From contig CAWHFW010000005.1 of assembly GCA_963828735.1 (NCBI GenBank), positions 640,001-704,000 of the forward strand: a DNA stretch of 64,000 nucleotides, given 5' to 3'. Positions 35,750 to 45,297 of the stretch are shown piece by piece; position 1 is the first letter of the stretch, and the number at the start of each line of letters is the position of its first letter. The notes under the pieces were generated by a model. It was not told the DNA's origin. It worked only from the letters and a program-made list of their open reading frames with translations, and did not search any database. This stretch comes from an uncultured Gemmatimonadales bacterium. GTDB taxonomy: Bacteria > Gemmatimonadota > Gemmatimonadetes > Gemmatimonadales > GWC2-71-9. Made by a program: the position numbers and the translations under genes.

Positions 35750-36307
35750 ATGCGCTTCCGCGCCCTGTCACTCGCGCTCTTCACCCTCGCAATCGCCGCA
35801 CCGGCGGCTGTGGCCCAGTACTCCAATGATTCTGGCGCCGGTCAAGGCGGCGGATACTCGGGCCGGATGCACGGCCGAGGTCACGGCACGCCTCCGGATC
35901 CTGTCGTGCTCAAGGGACCACCCGCCCCCGACGAATTCGCGAGCCTGGTGCAGCTCCCGGCCGACAAGGTCGATGGCTACAAAGGGCTCTATGACCACTT
36001 CATGGCGGATACGAAGCCCCAGCGGGACAGCTTGGCGATGCTCCGCCGGGACATGACCAGCGGCTCGGATAGCGAGGATCGCGAAGCGTTCCAGCGGCGC
36101 CGGGAGGTGTTCATGCCCATCAACGATGAGCTCACGCGGCGGCAGTCCGCCTTCGACGATGCGCTCAAGGACATGCTCGACAAGGACCAGTGGAAGCGGT
36201 ATCAGAAGTGGCGGGAGGACCAGCGCAAGGCGGCCGAGCAGCAACGGCAGGAGCGGTGGAAACATCACGGGAACGGCGCACCTACGGAAGGCCAGCCGCC
36301 GGCGTGA
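35750..36307 (+). CDS. Secreted alpha-helical hypothetical protein
   Basis: GGAGG RBS, Sec signal ending AVA-Q, charged helical body ending LDKDQWKRYQKW. Confidence 0.75.
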   Translation: MRFRALSLALFTLAIAAPAAVAQYSNDSGAGQGGGYSGRMHGRGHGTPPDPVVLKGPPAPDEFASLVQLPADKVDGYKGLYDHFMADTKPQRDSLAMLRRDMTSGSDSEDREAFQRRREVFMPINDELTRRQSAFDDALKDMLDKDQWKRYQKWREDQRKAAEQQRQERWKHHGNGAPTEGQPPA

Positions 36308-36613
36308 TGAGCCTTGAACCGCCTGGAAGCCCCGCGATCGTGTATCGGTAGAGCAGCAGCGTGAAATCGTGATCGTGCCCGCCGCCACCAGGCCGGCGGC
36401 GGGACAAGTTGGCACCCATCCCCGAAACACCTCGGCATTGTGCCGCACCGTCACGCGGCGGTGGCAGCGCCGACGGGTCAATTGTTCCGCTACTCTTGCC
36501 AATTTCACCTTCGACGTGCACTGTCATCGGTCCTGCGGTTCATCCCTGGTCATCCGAGCATCCGGAGTTCCGCCTGCCGCCCTCGGGCGGAGCGAACCGG
36601 AGCGGAGGCAGCG

Positions 36614-36844
36614 ATGTCCGATCCCGCACGCTCCACGCCGTCCACTCGACGCATGGCCCGACTTCGCCCCGGCCTCGAGGCGCAGCATCCGAGTCTGGGG
36701 CGGACCTGGTATCGCGTGCTCGACCGCAACGACGCGGCCCTCTGTCCCCTGCCGCCGGCGGGCCAGCTCTGGCTGGAGGTCGAGAGCCGGCGACGGCTGC
36801 TGCCAGTGGACATTTTCGAGTTCGAGGACGAAGACGCCGTGTAA
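36614..36844 (+). CDS. Small hypothetical protein
   Basis: GGAGG RBS; ARLRP..HP..W..LP..FEF pattern shared with the next gene. Confidence 0.55.
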   Translation: MSDPARSTPSTRRMARLRPGLEAQHPSLGRTWYRVLDRNDAALCPLPPAGQLWLEVESRRRLLPVDIFEFEDEDAV

Positions 36845-36933
36845 CGGTGCGCGGCAGGGAGCTCCGCAGTCTCGGAGAATTGTGACAGAGGGCAGCATTG
36901 ACGGCCACCGAGTTCGGCTCTATCTGATCTTCA

Positions 36934-37215
36934 ATGACCTTCGACCTTCGAGACACCCCAGTCCTCCGCGAGGCCCGACTCCGACCGGAGGCCGCCGATC
37001 GGTATCCCTGGGCGCCCAGGAACAGCTGGCTCCCCGCCAGCGCGATGGCCGATGAAGCACTCAAGAACGACGAGCCGATCGCTCGTGCGGTGCGGGCGCT
37101 TCCCAACGAGGCCTTCGAGTTCCGCGGTGGTCGACCGGAAGCGTCGGTCCGGGGTCGGGCCCGCACGCGATGGTCCGACTACCCGAACCCTATGAGAGGA
37201 ACACGGCGTCACTGA
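36934..37215 (+). CDS. Small hypothetical protein
   Basis: TTGACG-N17-TATCTG-N7-ATG; REARLRP..YP..W..LP..FEFRGG. Confidence 0.6.
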   Translation: MTFDLRDTPVLREARLRPEAADRYPWAPRNSWLPASAMADEALKNDEPIARAVRALPNEAFEFRGGRPEASVRGRARTRWSDYPNPMRGTRRH

Positions 37216-37450
37216 ACGACCGAGCGTGACGTCGACCATCACCTCGTATTCGGCGTCCTCCACCCTGCCGCTGTTATCCCGACCCTGGTGTCCCGTCATG
37301 ACTGCCCGACGCCCCATCCATCGACGGTAACGTCCAGACATCCCCAGAACGTGCGTGGTGGCGATCCATCCGTTGTAGTTTTTGCGCCGGGAGACCGCCG
37401 GGAAGACCGTAGATTCGGTTTCTCACAGCGCGGAGTGTGCCTTGATCAAT

Positions 37451-37885
37451 GTGGAGCGGCTCTCCGGATCCCCCCTCGTGCTCATCGTCGACGACACGCT
37501 TCCCGTGCGCCTGATGATTTCACGCATTCTCTCGCAGGCGGGATATCGCGTGGCCACCGCCGCCGATGGAGTCAGTGCGGTCGCGCTGATCGAGGGCCGC
37601 GGGCCACCGGGCCTCGTCGTCACCGACCTCAGAATGCCGCTGATGCGCGGCGAGGCGTTCGCGCGATGGCTCACCAGGCACTACCCGGGTACGCCCGTGC
37701 TCTTTATGTCCGGCTTCGGCCCCGAAGACGCCGAGCAGCTGCCTGCCCCACTGCTTCGGAAACCCTTCACACCCGAAGCGCTGCTCGGCGCCGTCGGTCG
37801 GGCGCTGACCCGAAACGATGCCAGGATTGCCCCGGGTGCCGGGATGAGTGCGGGAAGCGAACCCACGAGGCAAACTGGGGATTGA
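37451..37885 (+). CDS. Single-domain response regulator (receiver)
   Basis: LIVDD, VTDLRMP, FMSG, KPF; start codon uncertain. Confidence 0.85.
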   Translation: MERLSGSPLVLIVDDTLPVRLMISRILSQAGYRVATAADGVSAVALIEGRGPPGLVVTDLRMPLMRGEAFARWLTRHYPGTPVLFMSGFGPEDAEQLPAPLLRKPFTPEALLGAVGRALTRNDARIAPGAGMSAGSEPTRQTGD

Positions 37886-38026
37886 CGGTTGTAGGACGCG
37901 GGCTTGGCCACGCGACTCGACGCCGGGATAGTGGCGCGTCAGTGGCGCTTTCACCCGATCCTCTGATTCCGGCTATGGCTCGAATGAACCATGTCGCGTT
38001 CACTCGGCCGGAAATACCTTCTGCCT

Positions 38027-38428
38027 ATGGCGGATCCCAACCCATCTCTCAGGGCGCTGCAGCAGCCACTCGTGCTGGTAGTGGACGACGAGCCCCTCAT
38101 GCGCCGAATCCTCACGGTGACGCTCCAGGACGACTATCGAGTTCTGGCGGCCGGGGACGTGCGAGAGGCGCTGGACATGTTCGATACGTTGAAGCGGGAT
38201 ATTGCAGCGGTCGTGACCGACATTCGCTTGCCGGAGATCGACGGGATCTCCTTCGCGGCGACCATGCGACAGACCGGCGAGTCCCCACCCATCCTGTTCA
38301 TCTCGGGGTATGCCGCGCCGGCCGAGGCCCCCGGGCCCTTCCTCGCCAAGCCCTTCACGCCGGACGATCTGCTCGGGGCGCTGCGTCGCCTGATCGCCGG
38401 TTACCCTCTGCCGGCCCGCAAGACCTGA
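38027..38428 (+). CDS. Single-domain response regulator (receiver)
   Basis: LVVDDE, VTDIRLPEIDG, FISGY, KPF. Confidence 0.88.
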   Translation: MADPNPSLRALQQPLVLVVDDEPLMRRILTVTLQDDYRVLAAGDVREALDMFDTLKRDIAAVVTDIRLPEIDGISFAATMRQTGESPPILFISGYAAPAEAPGPFLAKPFTPDDLLGALRRLIAGYPLPARKT

Positions 38429-38447
38429 CGACGCGAGCGCACAAGCG

Positions 38448-38490
38448 AAGGGGGCGGAGCACGGCCGCACCGGCCGTACCCCACCCCCTT
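38448..38490. terminator. Hairpin between convergent genes
   Basis: aaggggg..acggcc-gcacc-ggccgt..cccctt imperfect stem. Confidence 0.45.
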
Positions 38491-38504
38491 GGCACTCCAA
38501 CGCG

Positions 38505-39161
38505 TCAGCGGCCGAAGTTCATCGCCCCCATCAGACCGAAGGACGTGTCGCCGCCGTCGAGCCCGATCGGGAAGTTGATGCTCGGGTTCAGGCTGAACCG
38601 CGAGTTGAACACGAACCCGGTGCCCAGCGTGAGCAACGCATAGCTCTGCGAGTCGGAAGCCGAACCCGTGCCGTCGTCCGCGCTCGCGCGCGTGTTGGCG
38701 AACTGGAAGCTCGCGTTCGGCAGGATCCGGAGCTGCGGGCTGCGTCCGAGCAACGCCCCGACGGACGCCCCGAACGCGAGTGTGCGGCTCGAGATATCCG
38801 TGCCGGTTCCCAGCACATCCTTCGGCCCCGAGCCGATGCTCAGGTTGGCGACCGGGCAGAGCTCGGCCGTGCGGCTGGTGTGCAGCGGGATCTGGTAGCC
38901 GCCGCCGACGTTGAAGTCGAACGACGACCCATCAAACGCGTCGTAGGACGTGGTGCCGACTCCGGCCTTGCCGTACAGGGCTTTCGGCGTGCCGTACCCG
39001 AACGTGCCGCCGAAGCTGCTGACCCCGTCCGCGAACTGGCCGCCGCCCGCGATCTGCATCTGGCCGCTCGAGAACGACGGCATGCCGACGCAAGTCTGGG
39101 CCGCTGCCTGCGCGGTCAGATAGAAAGGAAGGGCCAACGAAAGCATGAACGTGCGCCGCAT
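38505..39161 (-). CDS. Outer-membrane beta-barrel protein
   Basis: Signal peptide, amphipathic Gly/aromatic strands, C-terminal GAMNFGR. Confidence 0.7.
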   Translation of the reverse strand: MRRTFMLSLALPFYLTAQAAAQTCVGMPSFSSGQMQIAGGGQFADGVSSFGGTFGYGTPKALYGKAGVGTTSYDAFDGSSFDFNVGGGYQIPLHTSRTAELCPVANLSIGSGPKDVLGTGTDISSRTLAFGASVGALLGRSPQLRILPNASFQFANTRASADDGTGSASDSQSYALLTLGTGFVFNSRFSLNPSINFPIGLDGGDTSFGLMGAMNFGR

Positions 39162-39357
39162 GGCTGTCTCCCGGCTGTGGTTGAACAGGAGGGGTCTCGC
39201 CTCTTGCGAGATTCCTCGCTTTACGTCCCCGCGTCGTGGCGGGCTTCCGTTGATAACTGGGGCTGGTGGCTAGAGTTCCGCTCCACCGGACGGCGTGCGC
39301 GGCAACCCCCGTGCCGACGGGGGTGCAAACAGATGCACCGAGAGTGTGCTGGGGTTA

Positions 39358-40194
39358 CTAGTGGTGCAGGAAGTCGAGGAAGTCGAACACGTCGGGCTCC
39401 CACTCGGCCACGCGAAGGTAGACCAGGGCGTGTCCTTCGGCCGGCGTCCGACCCACCGCGGGATACACTTTCAACCGATGCGGGCGGCCGAGCCGCTCCA
39501 TCTCGGCAGCCAGCGTCGTGCCAGGTGCGACGGAGTAGTCGTTGGCCGCATGGATGAAGAACACGGGTGCGACGACGCGGCCCACGGCCTCCTCGAGCCG
39601 TCGGCGCAGCTCAGGCGAACGATCCCAGCTCACGGCGGACCCGGAGAACACCACGGCCGCTCGAAGGGATGTGTCGCGTTCGGCGAGAAGAAGCGTCAGC
39701 GAGGCACCGAACGAATGTCCCGCGACCGCGACACGATTCGGGTCCACTTCACGCCGATGGTGCAAGACCGCAAGCGCGGAAAGAGCCTCGTTCAGCTCGT
39801 CCTTCTCGAGTAACTGTAGCTGCTCCCGATTCCGGCCCTGTTGGCCCTCCGCGGCCATCGCGCGTTCCATGAGATCGCCCTCGGCCGTGCCCTGGCCGGT
39901 GGACAGGCCGACGCCCTGACGGAACAAGTAGAGAAGGACGAAGCCATGTCGGGCAAAGACGGCGCCTATGACGGCGGGTTCGCCCATATCGATCGGTTCG
40001 CCGGTGCCGTGCCTGCCGTGGTTGAACAGGACGGCCGGGAACGGGCCGGAGCCGACGGGGCGCCAGAGCAGTGCGCGCAACGTGAGCGCTCCACTCTGGA
40101 CGAGGACGGTGTCGGGCCCGGTGATGGCTTGTGCCGCAGCGGTCGTGACCGACACCGAAACGAAGGTGAGCGCTACGCCCAGGCAGCGCCTCAC
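39358..40194 (-). CDS. Alpha/beta hydrolase (dienelactone hydrolase-like), secreted
   Basis: PFPAVLFNHG, GHSFG nucleophile elbow, HAANDY, EGH. Confidence 0.85.
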   Translation of the reverse strand: MRRCLGVALTFVSVSVTTAAAQAITGPDTVLVQSGALTLRALLWRPVGSGPFPAVLFNHGRHGTGEPIDMGEPAVIGAVFARHGFVLLYLFRQGVGLSTGQGTAEGDLMERAMAAEGQQGRNREQLQLLEKDELNEALSALAVLHHRREVDPNRVAVAGHSFGASLTLLLAERDTSLRAAVVFSGSAVSWDRSPELRRRLEEAVGRVVAPVFFIHAANDYSVAPGTTLAAEMERLGRPHRLKVYPAVGRTPAEGHALVYLRVAEWEPDVFDFLDFLHH

Positions 40195-40206
40195 GCCGAC
40201 CTCCTC

Positions 40207-40992
40207 TCAGTGTCCCCCGCTGCCTTCGGGCATGACGTAGAGGAGCAGAGTCGGCTTGACCGAAATGGCCCCGGAGAATGGGCGGCTATACGCGGCGACC
40301 AGCAGGATGGCGGCCGCGGCGCCGGTCGCGAAGATGCCAAGAATGATTCGGTTGGCCGTCGGATTGTCGCAGTGGACCATGGCGATGGTCAGCAGGATGA
40401 GGCCTACCTGAACCATCAGCGCCGCCCACTTGACCACGCTGACGGACGAGCCGCTCAGCACGATGCGCTGCCGGCGAGCATCGAACGCGTTCTGAATCGA
40501 GGTCACGAGCTCGCGCTGGGCGATGACCTGCCCCGGCGAATGCGGGTCGAGGCGGAGCGAGAGCTCGAGCGCGTCGGCGAGCGCGCGGGGAACGATGGTG
40601 AGCGTCACGCTATGGCGCGCCATCGCGGGCCACCCCTCCTGGACGGCCATCTGGATGTGCTGGCGGACCAGGTCGTTCAGCCGCGCCTGGGGCTCGCCGG
40701 GGAACTCTCTGGAGAGCAGGACGGTCGCGCGGAGCGCGCTCGCCTCGCGGTTGACCGCCGTGCTTGCCCGGTCGGCGTCGCTCCACACCTGCGCGGCGAG
40801 GAACCCCACGAGCAAGGCAAAGACGACTGAGAGCGGCGGCAGCATGCCAGGAGAGATGGCCTTGAACGCGCGGGTCCGCTCACCGACCGCAAGCCTGGTG
40901 ACCACCATGTAGATGACGGCCGCCAGGAGATAGTGCGCCGCGAGGATTGCGAGCGCCAGCCCCGAGACGGGCAGGTTGAGGAGCCAGTCCAT
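40207..40992 (-). CDS. DUF4239/bestrophin-like membrane protein
   Basis: VVFALLVGFLAAQVW, REASALR, ARRQRI, RPFSGAISVKP; GAGGAG RBS. Confidence 0.75.
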   Translation of the reverse strand: MDWLLNLPVSGLALAILAAHYLLAAVIYMVVTRLAVGERTRAFKAISPGMLPPLSVVFALLVGFLAAQVWSDADRASTAVNREASALRATVLLSREFPGEPQARLNDLVRQHIQMAVQEGWPAMARHSVTLTIVPRALADALELSLRLDPHSPGQVIAQRELVTSIQNAFDARRQRIVLSGSSVSVVKWAALMVQVGLILLTIAMVHCDNPTANRIILGIFATGAAAAILLVAAYSRPFSGAISVKPTLLLYVMPEGSGGH

Positions 40993-41138
40993 CTGATCCT
41001 CCTCGGAAACAGGTGCCAGGCGGGATTGCCCGGGGCGACAACATTGCACTCAGGACTCGCATCCGACCAGAGGGCGCCGGGGGTGAGTGCAGGCTGGAGG
41101 TGGCAGCGTGAATGGAGAAGGGTGGCCCCGGCGGCGCT

Positions 41139-41255
41139 TCAGTCCGCTGGTTGTAGTTCCAGCAATTCGATCCGATTTCCGAACGGGTCGGCGAGGTGCA
41201 TCCGCTCGATCCCAGACGCCGGCACCTCACGCACGATCGGATAGCCGGCCCCCGT
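41139..41255 (-). pseudogene. C-terminal fragment of a VOC/glyoxalase protein
   Basis: AGYPIV..GIERMHLADPFGNRIELLE with no matching N-terminus. Confidence 0.55.
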
Positions 41256-41328
41256 GCACTGGACTATGAAGAACGTCAGTGGAGCCGATGCAGCCCTCGT
41301 CGGCGGCGAGCGGGCTGCCCTGCTCGTT

Positions 41329-41490
41329 CTAGTCCAGCAGCCGAACTGACACCCAGCGCCCGAGATAGAGCCCTGCGCCCGTGCCGACGATGCTTGCGAT
41401 GCACGCCGTGAAGATGCCCACCGGGGCCCCTGCCCACCAGCCGACCGCACCACCGACGGTTGCCCCTGCCCACCCCAGAAGTCCCCGCAC
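41329..41490 (-). CDS. Small Gly-rich two-TM membrane protein (53 aa), absent from ORF track
   Basis: GGAGG, GTG; MRGLLGWAGATVGGAVGWWAGAPVGIFTACIASIVGTGAGLYLGRWVSVRLLD. Confidence 0.65.
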   Translation of the reverse strand: MRGLLGWAGATVGGAVGWWAGAPVGIFTACIASIVGTGAGLYLGRWVSVRLLD

Positions 41491-41553
41491 ATCGCCTCCC
41501 TGAAAGGTTCCACCGTGGAAAGCCTGGTGTTGGATGCCAGCCCGCCGGTTCTC

Positions 41554-41823
41554 TCAGCCGTCATAGGGCTTATGCGACCGCGGCGCGTCCGGCAGCTGCT
41601 CGTCGAGCGACTGGCGATAGCGCACACACCCTCGCAGGAAGGTCGGCCAGTCGGGGACAGTGGGCAACGGGTCCTGTTGCTCCGGCAGGAGACGCCACAG
41701 CTCAGGATGGTGCCAGCACAGGTCGTGGCCGGAGCTGTCGCGATGCGACCGGATCCCGGCGCGGAGGCTCCGCACTTGTTCGATCAGTTGTTCGCGGCTC
41801 ATGCCGGCCAGGTCTTCGTCCAT
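41554..41823 (-). CDS. Conserved-looking hypothetical protein
   Basis: GAGGT RBS; LRAGIRSHRDSSGHDLCWHHPELW..FLRGCVRYRQSLD. Confidence 0.75.
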   Translation of the reverse strand: MDEDLAGMSREQLIEQVRSLRAGIRSHRDSSGHDLCWHHPELWRLLPEQQDPLPTVPDWPTFLRGCVRYRQSLDEQLPDAPRSHKPYDG

Positions 41824-41859
41824 CGCTACCTCAGAGGGCGTTGCCGGGGATCCCAGGCG

Positions 41860-42285
41860 TCAGCCCTCGTTGAATTGTACGAGAACGGGCTTGAGGTCGA
41901 TGACAGGCGTGCCGTCGATCGCTTCGAGCCCCTGCACCTCGAGCACGGCGCTGTCCTTGTCGATCGTCAGAACCGTGACCCGGTGGAGCCCGACCGGATT
42001 GGGCCGATCCGCCGAGCGCGTGGCGAATACGCCGGTTAGCGGTCTCGCAACATCATCGCGCGGGTGGACCGCGAGGGTGTCACGCTCAGCCTCGTGCAGC
42101 CAGGTGAGAACGAAAAGGTCGTCCCCCGGCTCGATCCCGTCGAGGCCCGGAGCGAAAGCGGGCTCGATGCGCACCTGCGCGTTGGGAGCTCCCTCGAATC
42201 CCTGCTTGGGTGCTTCGGCACGGTTGGTCAGGCTCGAGCGCACCCATCCGATCGGTCGGGCCGAATACGTCATGGACCGTCTCAT
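41860..42285 (-). CDS. tsaA: TsaA/TrmO family SAM-binding protein (tRNA m6t6A37 methyltransferase-like)
   Basis: RPIGWVRS, APKQG, GVFATRSADRPNPVGL, GLEAIDGTPVIDLKP. Confidence 0.85.
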   Translation of the reverse strand: MRRSMTYSARPIGWVRSSLTNRAEAPKQGFEGAPNAQVRIEPAFAPGLDGIEPGDDLFVLTWLHEAERDTLAVHPRDDVARPLTGVFATRSADRPNPVGLHRVTVLTIDKDSAVLEVQGLEAIDGTPVIDLKPVLVQFNEG

Positions 42286-42310
42286 CGGTCGTCCTTTCGA
42301 GCTCGGCGCA

Positions 42311-42409
42311 TCATCCATCGAGAAGCAACGGCTCAAGCAGTCGCCAGTAATCGGCGATCAGGCCGATGCCGGCGATCTTCCGCCGCGCGAGCGTGAAGCC
42401 GAGCACCAC
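42311..42409 (-). pseudogene. Possible C-terminal remnant of an ECF41/SigJ-type sigma factor
   Basis: VVLGFTLARRKIAGIGLIAD resembles the SnoaL-like tail VVFxFT..GKI..IDLIADP (recognised from memory). Confidence 0.35.
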
Positions 42410-42416
42410 GGGCCCG

Positions 42417-42875
42417 TTACTGCGACACGCCCAGGCGGCCGTCACTGTGGTAGGTGAGAACCTGGTAGACCAGCTGGCGGACCGCCTTTCCGTCCTTCCG
42501 AGCGGGCTCGTACCTGGCTCGCCGGATTTCTGGCAGGACGGCATCCGTCCATTCCGCCGAGGATTCCTCTACCAGCGCGATAGTGCAGCGGTCGACCCAG
42601 CCTGAGGAATCGACGACGAACCGGAGCATCGTGCGACCGGTAAGCACTTCACGCATGCGATAGGGAAGCTCGGGCACCTTCACATAGGGGGCCCTGGCGG
42701 GACGGTCCACCGAGTCGGCTTGATACACCCGCTCGGTGCTGGCCGGGCGCGAGGCGTCGCAGCCGGTCTGCGTCGCGGACAACATCCGCGGCCGGTCGAC
42801 CTCCTGTGCCTGGAGGTCGCGGGGAGCGGCCAGGCAGGCGATCACGACACCGCCGATCCAGCAGCGTGGGGACAT
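42417..42875 (-). CDS. TonB C-terminal domain protein
   Basis: Signal-like N-terminus; GRTMLRFVVDSSGWVD, ARYEPARKDGKAVRQLVYQ. Confidence 0.75.
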   Translation of the reverse strand: MSPRCWIGGVVIACLAAPRDLQAQEVDRPRMLSATQTGCDASRPASTERVYQADSVDRPARAPYVKVPELPYRMREVLTGRTMLRFVVDSSGWVDRCTIALVEESSAEWTDAVLPEIRRARYEPARKDGKAVRQLVYQVLTYHSDGRLGVSQ

Positions 42876-42927
42876 GCGGTCCCTCAATCAACGGCGACGA
42901 GCGGCCCTGGCTTTCGCAGACTCCGGC

Positions 42928-43257
42928 TCAGCTGGCGCCCGCGACCTGCGTGGAGATCCACCAGGTGTTTCCTGCTGGATCCTTGACGCCGCCACGGCGG
43001 TCGGGGTCGCCCTCTTTCTGCTGGGGCTCCTGGACCGGTACACCACCCAGCGCCACGGCCCGCTGGTAGACCGCGTCCACGTCCGCCACGTACACGTGCA
43101 GCCACGAAGGAAAGGCGGGCCAACCCTCGCTCGCCTCGGCGAGCATGACGACGGAATCGTCGATGCGGAGCTCCGCGTGCATCACGGTGCCGTCGGGCAT
43201 GTCGAATCGCCGCAGCGCGGTTGCACCGAAGGCCTGCTCGAGGACGAAACGGGTCAA
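42928..43257 (-). pseudogene. VOC/PhnB-like protein, N-terminally truncated
   Basis: HAELRIDDSVVML, LHVYVADVDA, GVKDPAGNTWWISTQ; first strand (PYLxV) and a clear start are missing. Confidence 0.65.
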
Positions 43258-43291
43258 GCTGGTCCCAGGCCCGCCGTTGTCCGGCGAGGGC

Positions 43292-43672
43292 TCATCGGGC
43301 CGAGGAATCCAGCCACGTCAGCCCTTCATCAGCGGTCCGAAACACCCGGGTGGCTGCGAAGTACTTCTCCGAGAACACCTCGAACATCCGCGACATGCCG
43401 AAGAGCGCCTCCGACGTGGCGATGATCGCGCAATACCGAAAACGAACGCGGGGGAGCACTCGCGCGATCTCGGTCGATACCCTGTTCAGCTCAGCACTCG
43501 TGGGGAGCGTGTTCATGTCGGACAGGTCCAGCAGCACATCGAGCCACTCGGGACACTCGGGGTCTGCACTCAGGATGGCGAAGTGCTCGAGGACTTGTTC
43601 GAGGGGTACCTCGCCCACACACCGGGTGTATACCCGCTGTTGCGCGTGGTTGATCTGATAGGTCACCGCCAT
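43292..43672 (-). CDS. Hypothetical protein (STAS/SpoIIAA-like pattern)
   Basis: VLLDLS, AIIA..LFGMSRMF, RVFRT..GLTWL. Confidence 0.65.
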   Translation of the reverse strand: MAVTYQINHAQQRVYTRCVGEVPLEQVLEHFAILSADPECPEWLDVLLDLSDMNTLPTSAELNRVSTEIARVLPRVRFRYCAIIATSEALFGMSRMFEVFSEKYFAATRVFRTADEGLTWLDSSAR

Positions 43673-43838
43673 GCTTTCCCCGCGTCCGCGGAGCACACTG
43701 CTCCTCGATCTGCCGTAAGTCGGGACGAAGCCGTCGCGAATCCTGCGTGGCGGCGAGACGGAAAGCAAGTCGGGTGCGGCGTTGGAGCCCCGCGCCCGAT
43801 CCCCGAGCGATGCAGGTAGCTACGACGTCGCCGTCGCC

Positions 43839-44186
43839 CTAGCTGACGACCTCGAACGTCCCCTTCACTGGGTGCCATTGGTCCTGGCTCGAGGCGTAGC
43901 CGGCGATCACCTGGGTTGCAAAGTTGAGGGCGACCGTGAGCGTGAACCCCGACGGGGCGAGGTAGGAGACGATGGATACCTCCTTGCTCATCTCGAAGGC
44001 GCCGTAGCGCGGCCGCTCAGGTGGTACCTCGGGCTTGGCAGAAGAGGCTGCATTGGGGTCACGCCATTCGACCGTGCCATCGGGATGAAAGACGTGCTCG
44101 TGCACCAGACCCTTGGTTGGGCCTTCGGTCCAGATGAAGCGGATCGTGGCGCCTTCAATGGCGGGTGCGCGCGGGATGTCGGTCAT
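43839..44186 (-). CDS. MoaF-like small beta-barrel protein
   Basis: GGAGG RBS; WTEGPT..HEHVFHPDGTVEW, VSYLAPSGFTLTVALNF. Confidence 0.65.
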   Translation of the reverse strand: MTDIPRAPAIEGATIRFIWTEGPTKGLVHEHVFHPDGTVEWRDPNAASSAKPEVPPERPRYGAFEMSKEVSIVSYLAPSGFTLTVALNFATQVIAGYASSQDQWHPVKGTFEVVS

Positions 44187-44287
44187 ATTGGTGCCTCCAG
44201 GATCACGGTGGTTCCTTCAGGCCCAGATCGGCGGATTCGAGCGGCGCGTCAAGATCATCACCAAGAGGAGGCGAACCTCGCTCGCGC

Positions 44288-44950
44288 CTATCGCAGCTCG
44301 ACACGACCATGTGGCGTGTCCAGTGTTGCCATCAGTGCCGGCCTCGAGCCCTGAAGCACATGGAGCTCGAGGCCGAGGCGCCGCACGTCCTCACGGATGG
44401 CGGCAGGCTCCGGATGCTCCCCACGCAGATCCAGCAGGTGAACACCGCCAGGCGCTGCCTGTGCGGGATGAGGACTGTCCGCCCAATCGATCAGGAATGG
44501 GACGAGCCCGGATCCCAGGTGCACATCGGGATAGGTGAGCCGCCAGGAGAGCACCCGGCCGCCGCGGAGCTCGCGCCGCCCGGTCCGCACCTCGCCGAGC
44601 GGGAGCCCCGCGCGTCGGGCCGCGGTCGCTCGTCGGTCCAAGTCGGCGCTCTTGGCGGCCCACGCAACGAGGCGGGAGTCGGTGAGCGTGTCCAGCCCGA
44701 ACCATCGAGCGCGGACAGGGAGTGCCTGGCCCGGATCGGGGGCGATCAGCTCCAGATACATGTCGGGACCCAGGCCAAGCAGGGCATTGTGGGTTCCTTC
44801 GCCGGGGTGTCGCCCGCCAGGTACTGGGCGCACTCCCGTCCATGCATGGAAGCGCTCGATCTCTTCGTCGAGATCTCGCCCGCCCCAGACGAGGTGGTCG
44901 ACGGGAGGCAACGCGCCACTTCCGTGATTCAGCAGCGGGACAGCGTCCAT
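44288..44950 (-). CDS. VOC family protein (Glyoxalase_3-like)
   Basis: DHLVW, GGRHPGEGTHNALLGLG..YLELIAPDP, LVPFLIDW; start approximate. Confidence 0.85.
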   Translation of the reverse strand: MDAVPLLNHGSGALPPVDHLVWGGRDLDEEIERFHAWTGVRPVPGGRHPGEGTHNALLGLGPDMYLELIAPDPGQALPVRARWFGLDTLTDSRLVAWAAKSADLDRRATAARRAGLPLGEVRTGRRELRGGRVLSWRLTYPDVHLGSGLVPFLIDWADSPHPAQAAPGGVHLLDLRGEHPEPAAIREDVRRLGLELHVLQGSRPALMATLDTPHGRVELR

Positions 44951-45230
44951 TTGTCCTCGGCATGCTCCAGGTGTGGAGCGTTCGACTCGATCATCAGAAA
45001 TCGACTCCGAGTTTTTGCTCGCCTCTTGATCGGCCCCAAACTTCGCTCGGCTCTCGACCGTCGTCAGGTCTCCGGTTGCGCCAGCATGTTGCAACGTGGC
45101 ACGGTGCCGCGAGTCCAGATCGGCGGCCTCCCCATCTGAACTCTAGCGCCGGCCCAGCCGCCGTAGTGCGCGTGTGAAACCTCATGGACCCGCGCGACGT
45201 TTCCATCGAGTATGACCTGATGGCGTCGGC

Positions 45231-45259
45231 TTGACGCCTCGAGCCTCGCGACCTATCGT
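45231..45259 (+). promoter_or_regulatory. Sigma70-like promoter
   Basis: TTGACG-N17-TATCGT upstream of the ABM gene. Confidence 0.5.
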
Positions 45260-45297
45260 CGCCGATTGAGGTCACCTCTTCAACGCAGGAGCACGCC

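Noticed and set aside
36282..36527. Possible small minus-strand gene
   Set aside because: Partly protein-like but overlaps the neighbouring stop and may be frameshifted; support is insufficient
38505..44950. Integron cassette array
   Set aside because: Genes are short and co-oriented, but no paired RYYYAAC/GTTRRRY attC hairpins and no intI were found
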